Below, piece by piece: positions 12,263-26,657 of a stretch of DNA of 64,000 nt. Under the pieces are notes generated by a model. That model was not told the origin of the DNA. It was given only the letters and a program-made list of their open reading frames with translations, and did not search any database. The position numbers and the translations under genes are program-made. Source of the stretch: the human T2T-CHM13v2.0 reference genome, Homo sapiens; assembly GCF_009914755.1 (NCBI RefSeq), contig NC_060927.1; one strand, 5' to 3'. Position 1 is the stretch's first letter, and every line of letters begins with the position of its first letter.

Positions 12263-14124
12263 ATACAGAAAATCTTAAAGTATTAGCTTCAGTTATCTGG
12301 AAAATTGACACAAGGAGCACATTGTTATGGCAGGGACCATGGTTTGCTACACAGTTCCTTTTATTTGTAAAACTCCAAATTATTCCAAATTGGATGACTA
12401 AACTATAGCTAATCTATATATTTTAAAGGAAACTATTTATGGATAGTATGGGAGAGAATATTATAATTTTATTAATAAATACTTGAGTCCCTACCATGAG
12501 CAAAGAGCTATTAAATTGCTTGCTCAATACCAAGGATATAACTGGCTTTTCTCTCCCTTGAATTGAATTTTCAGCCTCAGAGAGATCAGAAGCTTCCCTC
12601 CTTCCACCCCCCACCCTCATTCAGAACTGGCCACTGTGGATTTTCCGAGGCATTTATAGCCTTCTCTAAATTGTATTTTGTCATGTGTACTCTACCCGTA
12701 TGTCACCTGATAGGAAACATCAGCTGAAATCAGTGATGAAACTGCCTACTTCCAAAGAGTTAAGGATAACTCCTTCACTCCTCTTGCTTGTTCCTTGACT
12801 GGATCTGATCATTCACATGTCCCCTGATGCAGTCAGGCTCTACTTGAATCTGGCAGAGCAGCTCCTTCACAGGACTGTGGACTTTCCCAGAGCTTTCCTG
12901 ATGACCTGCTGTAGCAGAATCCCCTGGGACGCTGGAGAAACATATGGCTCCCTTGGCCTTAACCGCAGGCTGCTGGAATCCCAATCTTTAGTGCCAGTGA
13001 AGTGAACTCTAAACAAGTGCCCCAGGGGATTCTGAACTGCTTCCACACTTGGAAACCACCACTTTAGAAGCAGCTTGGCAAACCTTGATGCAGGTTCTTG
13101 GGGGAACCAAAGACAGGGAAGGGGAATCTGTAGCCTATGGTGACTTTGGCCTTGTGCCCAGATCCCTTTCTTCCTAGACTTGTGTCCTTTGTTGGTGGAA
13201 GAGCATCTGCCTGGGTTCTTTCTTGTCAGAGCTGGAGTGGCACCAGTCATGGTCCCACAGTGGAGAGTAACATGCTTTTAGCTATTCTGTCCTTGAGGAA
13301 AAAGGTAAAAGAAGAAAGGAGGGATCCCTGAATGCTAATTAAGTGACTTTTGTGTATAAGAGATGAACATGCATGTCTCTTTAAATTAAAAGCCCTATTC
13401 AAACATATACTCACATATCTTTGGAGAGATACAGAATGTGTACTTCTTGTACCAGGCTGAAAAACTGGCTCCGTTATCACAGTGGTCTCAGGGAGTTTCA
13501 AGAAACAAAAGAGCTCTCATTGTGATTGCAATGTCAAAGTGTTATGGCCATCAACCCAGTTGTGCCTAAATACATTTTAAGAGGATTCATTATAAGTAAA
13601 AATAAACTGTGTTTTCTGTAATATTTCAGCTTGCACAAGGAATGTGACAAAGAGAAGGACATTGTAAATATTTTTGGCCTTATTTGGTCTTGGTATTTCT
13701 CTATGTCAGACTGAAAATCCTGACAAGCAGACAGAGCAGTGTTATATTTAACAAACACCTTCATGAAACCCATGGAGAGAAAGAGGGAGGGAGAAAAGCA
13801 GTAAGCGAGAGAGCTAGACAGCTCGGTTTAATCATTTATTTCCGATTAAATCATTCCCAACCAAAATTGTATGTACGGATCTTGGGACATAAATACATAT
13901 ACTTAAAAGGCATTCTTTAAAAATAATGCTACACCTGACTGCACCCCAGTGGCCTTACAGGTGCTTGTTTTCACCACAGCAACCACTGGGTAGAGGAAAA
14001 GAATCAGAATGGTCCAGGGCAAATCAATCATCTTTATGTTAAAAACAACTTAAAGCTGCCTGGGGATTACATATCCAGGCTTCAAAAGTATTACCAGAGT
14101 TATGAATGTGAGAATGGTGCCTGA

Positions 14125-14240
14125 CACATTCTCCCATTTTAAATATTAGAAAACAGAGATACGAAAAGGTTACTTGCCCAAGTCACTCAGTTTTTAAGTG
14201 AAAGAGCTGGGGGTTTGAACCCATGTGTTTTGAATCCATG
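14125..14240 (-). mobile_element. MIR fragment
   Basis: cccattttaaat...ttacttgcccaagtcac...tttgaaccca. Confidence 0.7.
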
Positions 14241-15729
14241 TTCCTCAACATCACACCACCTTTAACTTATTACATAAAAGAATGTTATGTGAACTGAAAA
14301 ATTCTTAACTTCTGTTCTCTGATAAGCATTCCTGGCTTATTTATTAGTAAATTACAGCAAAGGAGTGGTTGAGAAAGCTGGGACCCTTCAGATGCTATAA
14401 TTTAAATCTTATTTCTGTCTCCTACACAAGGCACTGTGTCAGTTGACAGCTTTTGAGGGATGGAATTTTGGTTTCTTTGTGCCACCACCTGCCACCAATG
14501 GTGGCAATCAACATCAATAATTATTTGTGAGTCTCCTGGAATTCTGCTTTGCTCTATCTCACAATATTCTCATTAGAGCTTCCTCCTGGTGTGGAGGTTC
14601 ATCGCATGGCCCCTTGGACAGGGCCCCTGAGCCTCCCTCCCTACTAGTATGTAATGTCTGTCATCTTTTTCTTTCATAATTAATTGCAATTTGCACAGCT
14701 GCATATGAGGTGAGTGGCTGGAGGAAGAAATGCAGCTTCCGGCTCTCTTGCTTACCTACCCAGCTCAAGCCTTGGTTGAGGATTTTCTCTGCTTGAATCC
14801 CAGGCTGCTCATTTCTTATGCAGTAGATAGCATTCCTTTTCCCTGCTATCTTCTTTATGTTACATTCCCCCCCTTCTACACTGGCATACTATGTTGTTCC
14901 TTAACATAAATAAATTACTCTTCAGATTCTTTTCCCTGATGTTCTTAAGGCTTCCCGTCACATTGTATTGCCACATCATTTAAAAATGTTGCAGTAGCTG
15001 GTGAACAATAGTTAATGACTAAAAGAGCAGACTGTTGAGAGCTATACTCTGGAATACTCAATAATCACGTCTACTCTGATAGTTTCTTTTCCTGTTCCAA
15101 AGCTGAGCTTGGTTGTATTCAGTTCTGATCATTAGGTTCATGTTAACAACTGTTGCTCAATTCACTGTTTTTCAAAATAATTATTAATACAACTCTGGGA
15201 GTGACAACTCCTTCTGTAAAAGGATGCTACTGCCCGAATGATGGGGTGTGCTATGTACAATTATGGCTTCCAAAAGGTATTAACTGACATAAAAAAAGCA
15301 ACCAAGTCAAAGACTAATGCATAGGAGAAATCTCAAAAGCACTGAGAACACAACACGAGAACTTTTTGCATCGTGACATTGTAAACACAATAATAAGTGA
15401 CTTGGAATCACGGTTGATTAAACCGATGTTAGAAGCCCTCAGTACTATTATACCACGCTTCATCTCCTGAGCACCCTGTGCTTTGTTGTCAGCCAACAAA
15501 CTATAATTTCATGACTGACTGGCCTAATACAGTCTTAGGTTCCAGATTCTGTGCACAACCTCACCAGACCACAGAAGTTAAAGGAAAAGCAAATAAATAA
15601 ATAAATAAAACAGTAGGCAGAGGTCAAAAGACAATGCTCAACACCAGCCTGAAATAAGGCAAGTCTCTCACAGGAATACATTCGGGATTTTACTATCATT
15701 TAACTGAAGGACTATTTTGATTACCTGCT

Positions 15730-15850
15730 GATTCAACATTAACTAGACATTTATTAGAACACCTGCTTTGTGCCAGGCACAGTGGTAGGCCTGGAGGCTA
15801 TAGTGGGAAAAATAAAACAGGTACTAATGAGTAGTTGGAATTTCTTAATG
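15730..15850 (-). mobile_element. L2 3' fragment
   Basis: catttattagaacacctgctttgtgccaggcac. Confidence 0.65.
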
Positions 15851-17170
15851 GAAAACAAGATCATTCTCCATTGCAACCACTCTATAGCTAGTGGAGGCTT
15901 TGAAGAGACTCTTAGAGAGGTTTCAGTTCAGATCTTTCCTGGGGCTCACTTTGGTACCGTCTTCAAGATTTCTCTTGGAAAGGGGCATTAACTCCTTATC
16001 CTATCTTAGATGCAATCATATTGAGTTTTTGCCCTTACCATATTCATCAGTTTACATTTCTGAATATACTCATAAAAGGTCTCCTGGTCAGGTCTTATCT
16101 CCACTCACTAAAGATTCTCTTAACATCCAGAAATCTATCTCCAGACACCCTTTTATGTGCTCTTTCTAGAATGACAATATAAATGAGTTGGTACAAGAAA
16201 TGTGAAAAAGAGAGATTGGAAATCTATTGAAATTTGCTAGTCATTAGTGCAGAAGGCTTTATTCACTTCCACATATTTTCTGCATTTAGGATCACCTGAA
16301 CTTTATCACTTTTGCTGGTAGCAGAACAATTAAGCTGAATAGGACACTTAATTCTAAGAAAGTTCTAAAGAAATCTTTAAAATTTTTAAGACTATCCCTC
16401 TCACTATCCTTTAGGCTGAAAGTCTGTCCAAATGTCTTTTGGCACTTATGTGGAATATGATGAATTCCTTTCGCTGGATGTATCTCAGGATAGCATTAAT
16501 TTGGTGTGATCGGGAGGTGAATTTCTTTAGGATCTTTTTCACTGTTCATGTGCTGTTTTGCAGTTCCTTTGGAGTAGTGGGGGCTTAAGGGGGCTTAGCT
16601 TTCATAAACTTTTGGTCTTGAGAATATATACCTGAGATGGGGTCGGTTTGGGAGCCTCCAATGCCTGTCAATTTGGGAACTCCAGAGTAGGATTTTATAA
16701 AAATAATCATCCATTCATAACTGTATTGAGTTACAAGGGAGGGCAAGAGAGTCATCCCAGGTCATAGTCATACAATGTAAATTTAGACCAAGGGATGAAA
16801 CGTGTTGGAGAACACCCTGCAATAATCATTATTGGGTATCTGTGAATTTAACACACTTTTCAGAATGGGACAAGTTGCTTGCCACGGTAGGAAAAGCTGT
16901 GCCAAATGTTTGAGGAGAAATGTGGAGAGGAATAACATTAGCTTCAGATACCAAATTGCAAGTTAAACTTCCTGAGGATTTCCCGAACCCTGTTCAAATA
17001 AATTAAAATTTTGTTTACCAAAATGACTCCGATATGCAAATACAGAACACAGTGTTATATAGGTGCTAGGGACTGAAATTTTTTACAATCATATAATTTA
17101 TTGTAATACTTAATATTATGATAAGACCGTTAATTTATCATATTTTCCCTGTAGTGTTTACTCACATGGA

Positions 17171-17341
17171 CGGGGATAGATCCAGATTTCATGAAGTCTG
17201 AAGGTTACCTAATTTTGGAGGCTATTCTTAATAAAAAGAATGCACACTTTTGAATATCAACACTGGTCCCTTACAAAGGACCCATGCAGATGAAGAGCCC
17301 TGAAAGCTGAGTTTCATTGATTCCGGGTGAAACTACCTCTG
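17171..17341 (-). mobile_element. Short hAT-Tip100 derivative (Zaphod/MER115-like ends)
   Basis: Both ends resemble those of the 57903-59006 element (gtctgaaggttacctaattttggagg; gagccctgaaagct...cctctg). Confidence 0.55.
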
Positions 17342-17530
17342 GATGTGGAGCTGTGTTATGGGAATACCGCATCACAGTCAGGACCCAGCTCTGCTGCCGC
17401 CTCAGTAGGAGGCAAAGGTGGAAACGTGGAAACTATGGTTATAAGGTTCATACTTTACTGACCATCATTGAAGCTGCTTGTTGGGTCCCTTAGGAAGGGA
17501 TCTCTCAATGAAACAAACATTAGAGCTTCT

Positions 17531-17771
17531 TATTTTTTTTTGAGACAGTGTCTAACTCTGTCACCCAGGCTGGAGTGCAGTGGCACCATCTTGGCTCACT
17601 ACAACCTCTGCTTCCTGGATTCAGGTGATTCTCCTACCTCAGCCTTCTAAGTAGCTAGGATTACAAGGCATGTGCTACCATACCGAGCTAATTTTTGTAT
17701 TTTTAGTAGAGACAGGGTTTTGCCATATTGGCCAGGCTGATCTTGAACTGCTGACCTCAAGTGATCCACCC
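17531..17771 (-). mobile_element. AluS, lacking ~50 nt of its 5' end
   Basis: T tail, gagacagtgtc...ccaggctggagtgcagtgg...gacctcaagtgatccacc then unrelated sequence. Confidence 0.92.
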
Positions 17772-18689
17772 TTATGACCAGCAGACCCTGATCTAAGAAG
17801 CTAGATGATTCCTCATGAGGTCACTTATAAACCTTATTGCTGATGTATTTCAGTTTATTTATTGGACTATCTTAGATTTTAAACACCCCACCCAATGCCA
17901 CCATCTATGTAGCAACTAGAGCAGGACTCACAAATAAAATAACCTTCAAGGCCAAACAGCTTCCAATAGCCAGATTTGTCAAGATTAACTTAAGGTTTTA
18001 AAATTAGGCAATGCTTGTAGACACAAACCACTGTGGGCACCATAAAATATCACCTTATTTCAAAAGACTGAGAAAACTGAAAATGACCTGAAAAATTCCT
18101 ATTGAGTGATCTATTTAATCACTCAGGTGGGGTATGGTGTATCTGGTGCATGTTCAACCTCAGGTGCAGGTGCATGTGCATGCAAATATACACGCGCCAC
18201 GCTTTTAACCATGCATCTCTCTTTGAAAAGATCATTCCTTCTTTCTTATCTATATGTGAACAAATTGTCAAAACAACCTCAAATGCTAGATGATATAATC
18301 CCCAAATGCTAGTAATATAAAAATGACTGTAATAATACAAGTGATATCATTGCTATACATAGCACCACACTTTTACTGTTTCTCAAATCTACAACTATCC
18401 TATTTTCTAGTGTTTGTTTATTTCTTTATTCACTGAAATGACTGATATGGGCAGTTTAGACACCCAGAGGAGGAGATAATGGTTTTGATTGTGCTAGATG
18501 GTTTGACTCTGCTGAGTGTATCCTATAGACTTAATACCAACAGAGGTCATGGATATTTTTTTCCCACTTCTTTTCCTCTTTATTGTTAAGGAGACTAATT
18601 GTGTGTGAGTGTATGACAGGAAATGTTTTGATTTTTTTGTAGTGGCAAGAACAGGAGGGCATTCTTTTAAACATCTTTTCATTTTCTAG

Positions 18690-18954
18690 GCAAAGCGTGG
18701 GAATGGAGGATGAGAGATAGTCAATTTTCAGAATAAGATGTTCTACCAAGATGTAAAGAGGGGAAAAAAAGTAACTTTCAACAGCTAGGCAAGAACTGCC
18801 ACAAGCAGTAGTCGAAAAAATCAATGGCATGGTTTCCTAATGTGGTCTTGGATTCAGCAAGAAAATACTACAGAGAGAAAACTGCAGGAGTCCCTATTTT
18901 GTCCCCTCAAAATGAATTAAATGGTCTAGTGGAAGCTGAAGGACTCTGAAGATG
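18690..18954 (+). ncRNA. Candidate antisense (non-coding) exon
   Basis: Acceptor cttttcattttctAG|G (18688-18689) and donor ATG|GTGAGT (18955-18960) in unique sequence; no expression evidence available here. Confidence 0.3.
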
Positions 18955-20329
18955 GTGAGTCTACCACTGATTCTTCAGATGGTGTCAAAGATGATTCCTG
19001 GTTAGGTATAAAAAGCAGCACTTTTAGTCTGCTATTCATACATTAAAAATGACAGAGAATATACACCTAGAATATTTACCTAGTACTGCTGCCTTGGAAA
19101 CATGGTTCTAGGTCTCAGGAGTTTCCCAACAAGGAGTCTTTGTGCTCTTGAGACCTCAACAATGTACTGAGCTGACTACCTCAGCAATATTCTATCTAAA
19201 CTAACACCCAGGTATAGTGATCAATGGTCTAACCAGCTTGCAAGTTATGGCTGAAATAGTGGTTTACCTATCAAATCCATGTAACTCCCAGAATAATTAT
19301 GATTCTATCTTTTGGGCTGGCAATTATTTAAATAAAATATTATTTACAAAGGAAACAGCAGGGAGAAGAATCATGTAAATTAGATTCATTAAGTGGACAG
19401 ATTCACTTACAGTTCATTTTGGAATAATTTATGCCAGTTTTCTCTGATGTCATCTGTTGTTCAGGTTAACAATTAGCTCATTATTAACTGACAAAGGTTA
19501 CTTTGTGTATTGGCAGAGGAAGGCATATTATTTGGGAAAGCTTCTATGACTACCGAGCTTTCATATGGGTGCAAGAGTTTATTTGCAAAAATCCAGCTCT
19601 TATTTTCTCAAACAATTCAATATCCTGATGCATATATCTCTGTATTCTCAGGAGGCTTTGCAGAGGAATATATTTCTCTTTGCTAGTGTATAAGCAGTCA
19701 AGACTAAAAGAGAATAGGGCAAAATATTCATTCCAACTCTGTATTACTCTCTGCTTTGAACTAAAGATAATATTTTCTAATATATTAAGAGACACCTCTT
19801 TTACAGGCCAAGTTACAGATCTCTTAAAAAATCCAATATGATGATGCCCATTTACAAAATTTTATGATGAGAAAATTAACTTTAAAACTCTTTTACAACT
19901 CTACCAAATGTAAGAAATATATGTCCCTAAGAAGGTAAGGCATTAGTCCATTTGGACCTTTTGAAATTCTTTGCTGTTGCTTGCAGTCTTTTATCTGTCT
20001 CAGCTGTGTGTAGTTTAGTGACTCTGACCTTGAGGAGGTAACAGAAATGGTGCCTACCATTAATGTGGTTTTTCTTTTAAAAAACAAAATGTTTCCTGGC
20101 ATGTAATTGTTTTTTTCAAAAAAGACTTGACCCTGTGCAGTATTTTACACTTACATCATTTCCCCATTTATAATTCTTTCTTGTTTTGGTGTGTTGGAGG
20201 GAAAAAAAGTGTTATGTAGTTCTTTAAAAACTTTCAACCAAATAATAATAAACAATCGTAAGATTCTGAAGTATTTATCATGAATGTAAACTCTGAGAGC
20301 AGTAAAACTGGTAAAAGATGATTTCCATA

Positions 20330-20960
20330 ATAACTGGATGAGGGAGGACCCAGGAAAAATCTTGAGCTTTTTGCTTGCATAACAGAATGAAGGAAATGCT
20401 GAACATGGATTAGGTTTGGAAGATAACTCCTGAGTTTGGTTTTGGATATAATGACTGTGTCTTTGAGTCATACAAGAGGAAATATCAAATAAGTTCCATC
20501 TATATGACTGAAGTATAAATTTGAGTATAAATTCGTTTTTGTTTCCATGTTATTGTAATCCAAGTATACAGATGGAATCACCTAGAAATAGAAGACAAAG
20601 AAAAGAAGGGGGCCTTGGATAGAACCTTTATTAATTCCAGCATTGAATGGAAAAGAAAGATGAACCTGAAAATGGCCAGAAAAGTAGGGGGAAATTCAGA
20701 GTATTGAGTTAGGGGAGATAAGGGGAAGAGTATTACAAGGAGGAAGCAATCAACAGTATCATATATGTTGCTCAAAAGACACATCAGAGGAGAACTGAAA
20801 AATATCCATCTGGTTTAGCAATATGGTGGTCATTGCTGACCTAACAAGCTGCTTTAGTAAAGTTGTTGAGATGGAAACCAGATAAGTGGGTTGAGGAATG
20901 AGTAGAAGGAGAGCAAATGGGCTGGGCGCAGTTGAGGATAAAAATGATGAGAGAGGTAAA
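20330..20960 (-). mobile_element. L2 internal fragment
   Basis: tggtttagcaatatggtggtcattgctgacct...gggttgaggaatgag L2 signature. Confidence 0.7.
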
Positions 20961-21844
20961 GCAGGATAGTTGGGTAGTATGGGTCTATCTGAAGTTGTTG
21001 ATCAATAATAGATAAGGGAACCAGTCTCTGCAGGTGTGTAAATCTCTCCAACAGGGCTCATCTATGCAGATATAGTGTGCCCAAAAGCAACATGTTGCCT
21101 TCATCTCTGGTTAGGGTTTTTCCAGATGGGTATAACAAAAAGATGATGGAATCCAGACTGTTTGCAAGGGTGATATGGAAATAGTGGAGAATGGATTCCA
21201 ATCTGAACAAGTAGGAAGGTGGAGAAAGGACAGACATTAGTGAACTGGAGTCCCTATCAGGTCAAAGAAGGATCTCATTTATTCATATGCCACCCTAATA
21301 CAGCTTGTCTATAGAAGGAGGAAAATAAATGTCCTCTTTAAAGCTACTGAATGCAAAGATTTTTTTTTTAATTAAGCTAAAGGGAAAAGAGACCTAGGTC
21401 CAGTTTTAACAATTCCCTCTTCCCTAGACTTCGTAGGAGGGCCCAAGCACAGACAAACCCAGCCTTATATATATATTCTTACCTGAATATAGATTTCTCC
21501 CAATATGCCAGTTGAAACTCTCTCAGCATAAAAAACCTATGGAAAAAATACTTTTGCCTTTTCACTTGGCTAAAAGAAGATTATTCTATAAAAAGAACTG
21601 TAGTCCAGATGATTAAACAATGGAGGGAGAGGATGAAAACCAAAACTTTACTCAAATGGAAACCTCCTTAAATTTTCCCATTATTCTTAATGAAATAAAG
21701 GCTGAGCTAACTGCTAGAGAAAACTGATTCTTGATGTTGCAGAAAATAAGCTTAAAAATAATCATTCTAAAGTCTTGTTTCTTTTTCTGTAGTATGCGTA
21801 TTTTCTGTTCTATTTTAATATTATTTTTATGAAACCTTTGGTTA

Positions 21845-22187
<343 letters not shown>

Positions 22188-23356
22188 CTAACTATATAGA
22201 AAATGAGAGAAGAAATAGTAAGAACTTTGTATTCAAACTCTACAAAATTTTTCAGATGACTCTTGTCAATTTTATCAAATAATAAATATGCTCAAGAACA
22301 AGTCTAACTTTTCTCTATTTTTCAGACAGAAAAAGAGAAGCAGATGAAAGGAAATAGAATTTTCTATTTTCTCCTCACCATGTAAGCCTCAAATAAAAAG
22401 CATCTAACAATTCAACGATCTTAACTTGGACCTGGTAGGAGACATACACTGAAGCAGTGGCTACAACTCCAAAATATACCAATCTGTGAGGCTACGAGAT
22501 GACAGGTCAAATTTTTCTCAGAAGAAACATCCTAGCTATATTTCATCATTGAATGTAGCCATGTATTGGCCCAGTAATCGTCACAAGCATCACAACCAAT
22601 TACTTAGGGCTTTAATAAAGAAGGGACCTTATGTAGAGTTTAATCAGATGGCAGTTGTGGGAAAGAAGCAGAAATAGTTTTGTTTGTTTGCATTAACAAA
22701 TGGATGATGAGAAAGATAAAAGGGGAAATCAAGAAGATAACCCAAAGGAAACAGATAAATGGAGGAATAAAAATGAAATTCTATCTTCCCCCAAACAGAA
22801 TCTGGCATAAGAAAATGCAGGCATTTTTGGCTAAACCAGAAATTAGATGGGAACTACATCTCTTTAAGGTCCAGAGTTATAAAGCACAGGGTAAGGAAAG
22901 GGCACCCGGATAGGGGAATCCTGTGCCCTGGGTTTTAGTCCTAGCTTTGCTGATCCTCAGTTTCCTTACCTGTAAGGAGAGAGAAATGCTTCTTGCCCTT
23001 TGCTATAACAAAAAGACCACCAATATTGTCCCCTGCCCCCACTCATCCACAGTTGTTCTGATAGACTTGGGACAGCTATATTTTCAACCCTCTCTTCCAA
23101 ATACTTGAGATGTATTTTATAGATCTGTGAGTGAGCAGCTATTTCTAATTCTGTTTTGAAAGGATTGTTCCAAAACCAAGATGATACGGGGGATGCCATT
23201 AGAAAAATATATTTGTAAGGTGACAATCAATTTAAATTATCTCATAAAAAGATGAGTTCTGGCATATCATAAGTGAGGTAAGATTGCTTCCTTGTTTCTA
23301 TCAGAAATAGGGTAAAACCAGCTCAGTCGAAAGCTGGATAAGAAGTTAAGCAGTAA

Positions 23357-23634
<278 letters not shown>

Positions 23635-24780
23635 CGAAGTTAAGCAGCTATTGATGGCAGTCTGTTGGACTTTATTCCATTTATTTCTTTCATTTTCATG
23701 TAAGCTTTCTGTGATTGAATCACAGGAAGTTAATATGCCAATTATTTACTTCCTGGGAGTCTAAGAAAGCACCTTTATTTACTATATGCCATCAAACAGA
23801 GCTATTACATTATGTTGAATTTGTAAGGATAAAAACCATGACAAGTGCACCATATTTCTAGAAAATAGGTTCCAAGTGTAAAACAGAGGGCTAGGCATCT
23901 CTTTTTTTCATATAAAACCATGAGTGAATGTATACTCCTTTTTTAAGAAAGTATCTTTTGTTTGGCCAATAAAAAGCCAAATTCTTACAGAATACTTTGT
24001 TATAAGCACTTCCATTGTGCAATATAGTTTTGGTTGGAAAAGCTAAAAAATGAACTCTACTTCCCAAGCCTATTAAAAAACATGGAGAATACCATATGAG
24101 AATCATGGGTTGTCAAGGTCTTAGGAGTTCATGAAATTGTGTCTAGAACGCTTTGGGTACGGGGGAGTTGCTGTTGTGGTTAAAAAACAAGGAGGGGCAT
24201 TTCCTTCACTTTACAAATGAAACTGGAGCTTAGAGAGACTGGTTCAAGCTCATGCAGCCTGCAAAGCCTGGGCTCAAAATCAGAACTTCTGACTCCTAAT
24301 CTTGCTGCTTTGTGACTGCTGGGGTTCAACTGCATGTTGAGATTCCCAAGAATCCCCTGATCTTGGGGCAGGAGGAAGCCAGCTGCCCCTGGTCTCTGCT
24401 GACTACAGCCATGGGGACCTATTCGTTCCTCAGTCTCCAACTCTCTGCCCCCAGCTACTGGCAGACGGGAGTAACACGCATGTAGCAGTCCCATCTTTGC
24501 CTGTTTATTCTTTGTGAGGGACACTTAGCATTTTCAGTCCATCACTGAGCTGGAACAAAGTAATTTTGCCTGAAGAGCCTGTAGCTGGGCTTAAAGGTGC
24601 TTACCTGAAAGGAGAGGGATGGTGATAATCTTTTTGCTCCTAAAGAGGTGGGTCCTGCCAGGTCAGCCCTGGAAGCTCTTTTCTTTGGACAGAACCAGGA
24701 CTAGCCTCATCCCACAGAACTAGGGAAAAGCTTCAGCATGTGGTTGTAAAGGAGGGTGGGGCCCATCAACTCACATCCTT

Positions 24781-25012
24781 TAATAATAATAACAAGAGCA
24801 GCCCTTTATCAAGGACCTAATTTTTCTAGGCCCTATGCTATGTATGGTAAGTATAATAGTGTGAATCTCACAAACATCCTGCAAGATAGGTATTATCATT
24901 GTCACTGTCCCCATTTTACAGATTATGAAATCAAGGTTCAGAGAGTTCAAGTAATTTTCCCAGTGTCACACAGCTAGTAGGTGACAAAGATCTGAACCTA
25001 GCTATTTGACTC
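24781..25012 (-). mobile_element. MIR
   Basis: ccccattttacagattatgaaatcaaggttcagagag...gtcacacagctagtag. Confidence 0.85.
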
Positions 25013-26419
25013 ATGCTCTGTGCTGTTCCAGGCGATTGAGTCTGAACTTGATTGGTAGGATGTGGTATATCAATGTTGTATTCATAACATCAGTTAACCT
25101 GGCGGTTAACTTAAGTGAAGTCTACAGATAGAAGACAAGTTGATGAGACTGAATTAGCACAAAATACTAAAATAAGTATTCTGCCTATTTTTGAGTAGGA
25201 TATTAATTGTAGAGCATCCCCCTATGAGAGAGCCACTCAGAGAAAAACAAGTTCACTCAGAGGTTTAGAGAACTCCATCCGCGAGGCAAGGCTGGGCAAG
25301 TGGCTTGTTTACCTCGAAGAACTGGCTCAGTAGGTAAATGGAGCAGGTTCATATAAATAGGATTCTACCTGGAGACAGGGAACCAACCACACATATTGTC
25401 TCCCCACAAGAGTAGTCTTTCTGCCTTCCTTGTTTCTTTGACTGGCATAAGCAGACTTCTAGTCATGAGGGCTGGAACCCCACAGTCACCTGGGGCTCCT
25501 ACTTCCTCACAACTGGCACCTGCCTGGCCCTTTCTCTCTGCAGTCCTGGTACCCCCAATAATGCGGCATCAGATTCTATGGATTTGAGGCCAGAGTTTTC
25601 TGGCATCTATACTTTTCCTTTCTATTCCCATTGCAACTACCATAATTGAGGCCCCCGTGACTTCTCCCTAATCACTGCTGTTAGCTCTTTCTAAAACAAG
25701 ACTATGTCACTCTTATGTCTACAAATCATCTGATTCCTCATTATTTACTGAGTCAAATCCAGACACCTTCACCTGATACTCAAAATCTTTTCAGATTTCC
25801 GTGAACACATCTTGTTAGTCTCTCCTCCCTGGCCAACCTTATATGTGCCGAGCTGCAATCCTCACTTAACCCCAAGCACACACAATAATTTTCCACATTT
25901 GCACCTTTACTTGTGACCTTTGCTTTGTCTGGAAAAAGAAAACACGTCTGTTGTGTTTGTTTGGTATTTTCTAGTGTTCAAAGTGGTTTCATTCACCTTT
26001 TTCCATTTGAAATTTACAGTTACTTTGTGGGGCAAATATGATTATACTCATCTTACAGATTAGAAAATAGTGGCTCAGGGCAGGCCTGGAACTAGAGTTC
26101 CATAGCTGAGGGGCTGAGGGATGACTAGCAGCCAGATCTTCAAACTCATTGCTCTGTCCACAGCTCCGTGTTGCTTCTCTCTCCCCGTAATCTGGCCTTT
26201 ACTCCAGCTCCCTCCAGTTGCTATTAGTCAAATTCCATCTTTTTCTCAAAGTTCAGCTCGAATCTACCAACAACTGTTAACTTTTCCAAAATAAACCCAG
26301 AATTGAGGGCTCTCTCTCCTTTGTGTTCTCACAGCTCCCTGCTCAACTTGCTGGGTACTTAAAGCAATTAGGGGAAAGGCCTGAGGGTTCCTACACAAGA
26401 ATTTTATACCAGCAATGAT

Positions 26420-26657
26420 CAAGGTTTTAAAACCTTTTTGATTATGATCCCATTAAGGCATACATGTTATATCACAACCCAGGGTACATGCACACACCCC
26501 TGAAACAAGTTTTATGAAACAAAATTTACTTCTAATTTCTCAATGCACTGTGATATTTTCTCTAGTCTACTATTTATTAAGAAGTGCTGGTTAGGAACCC
26601 ACTAAATTGCTTGTGAGAACCACTAATGAGTTATGATCAGCAGTTTGAAAAACCCTG
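26420..26657 (-). mobile_element. hAT-Charlie non-autonomous element
   Basis: Ends cagtttgaaaaaccctg; internal acccactaaattg...ccactaatg motif. Confidence 0.65.

Noticed and set aside
14490-14506. 17-bp palindrome TGCCACCA-A-TGGTGGCA
   Set aside because: 8-bp arms occur by chance about once in a window this size; isolated
14896-14904. Perfect U12 branch sequence TTCCTTAAC
   Set aside because: On the plus strand, antisense to the U12 intron
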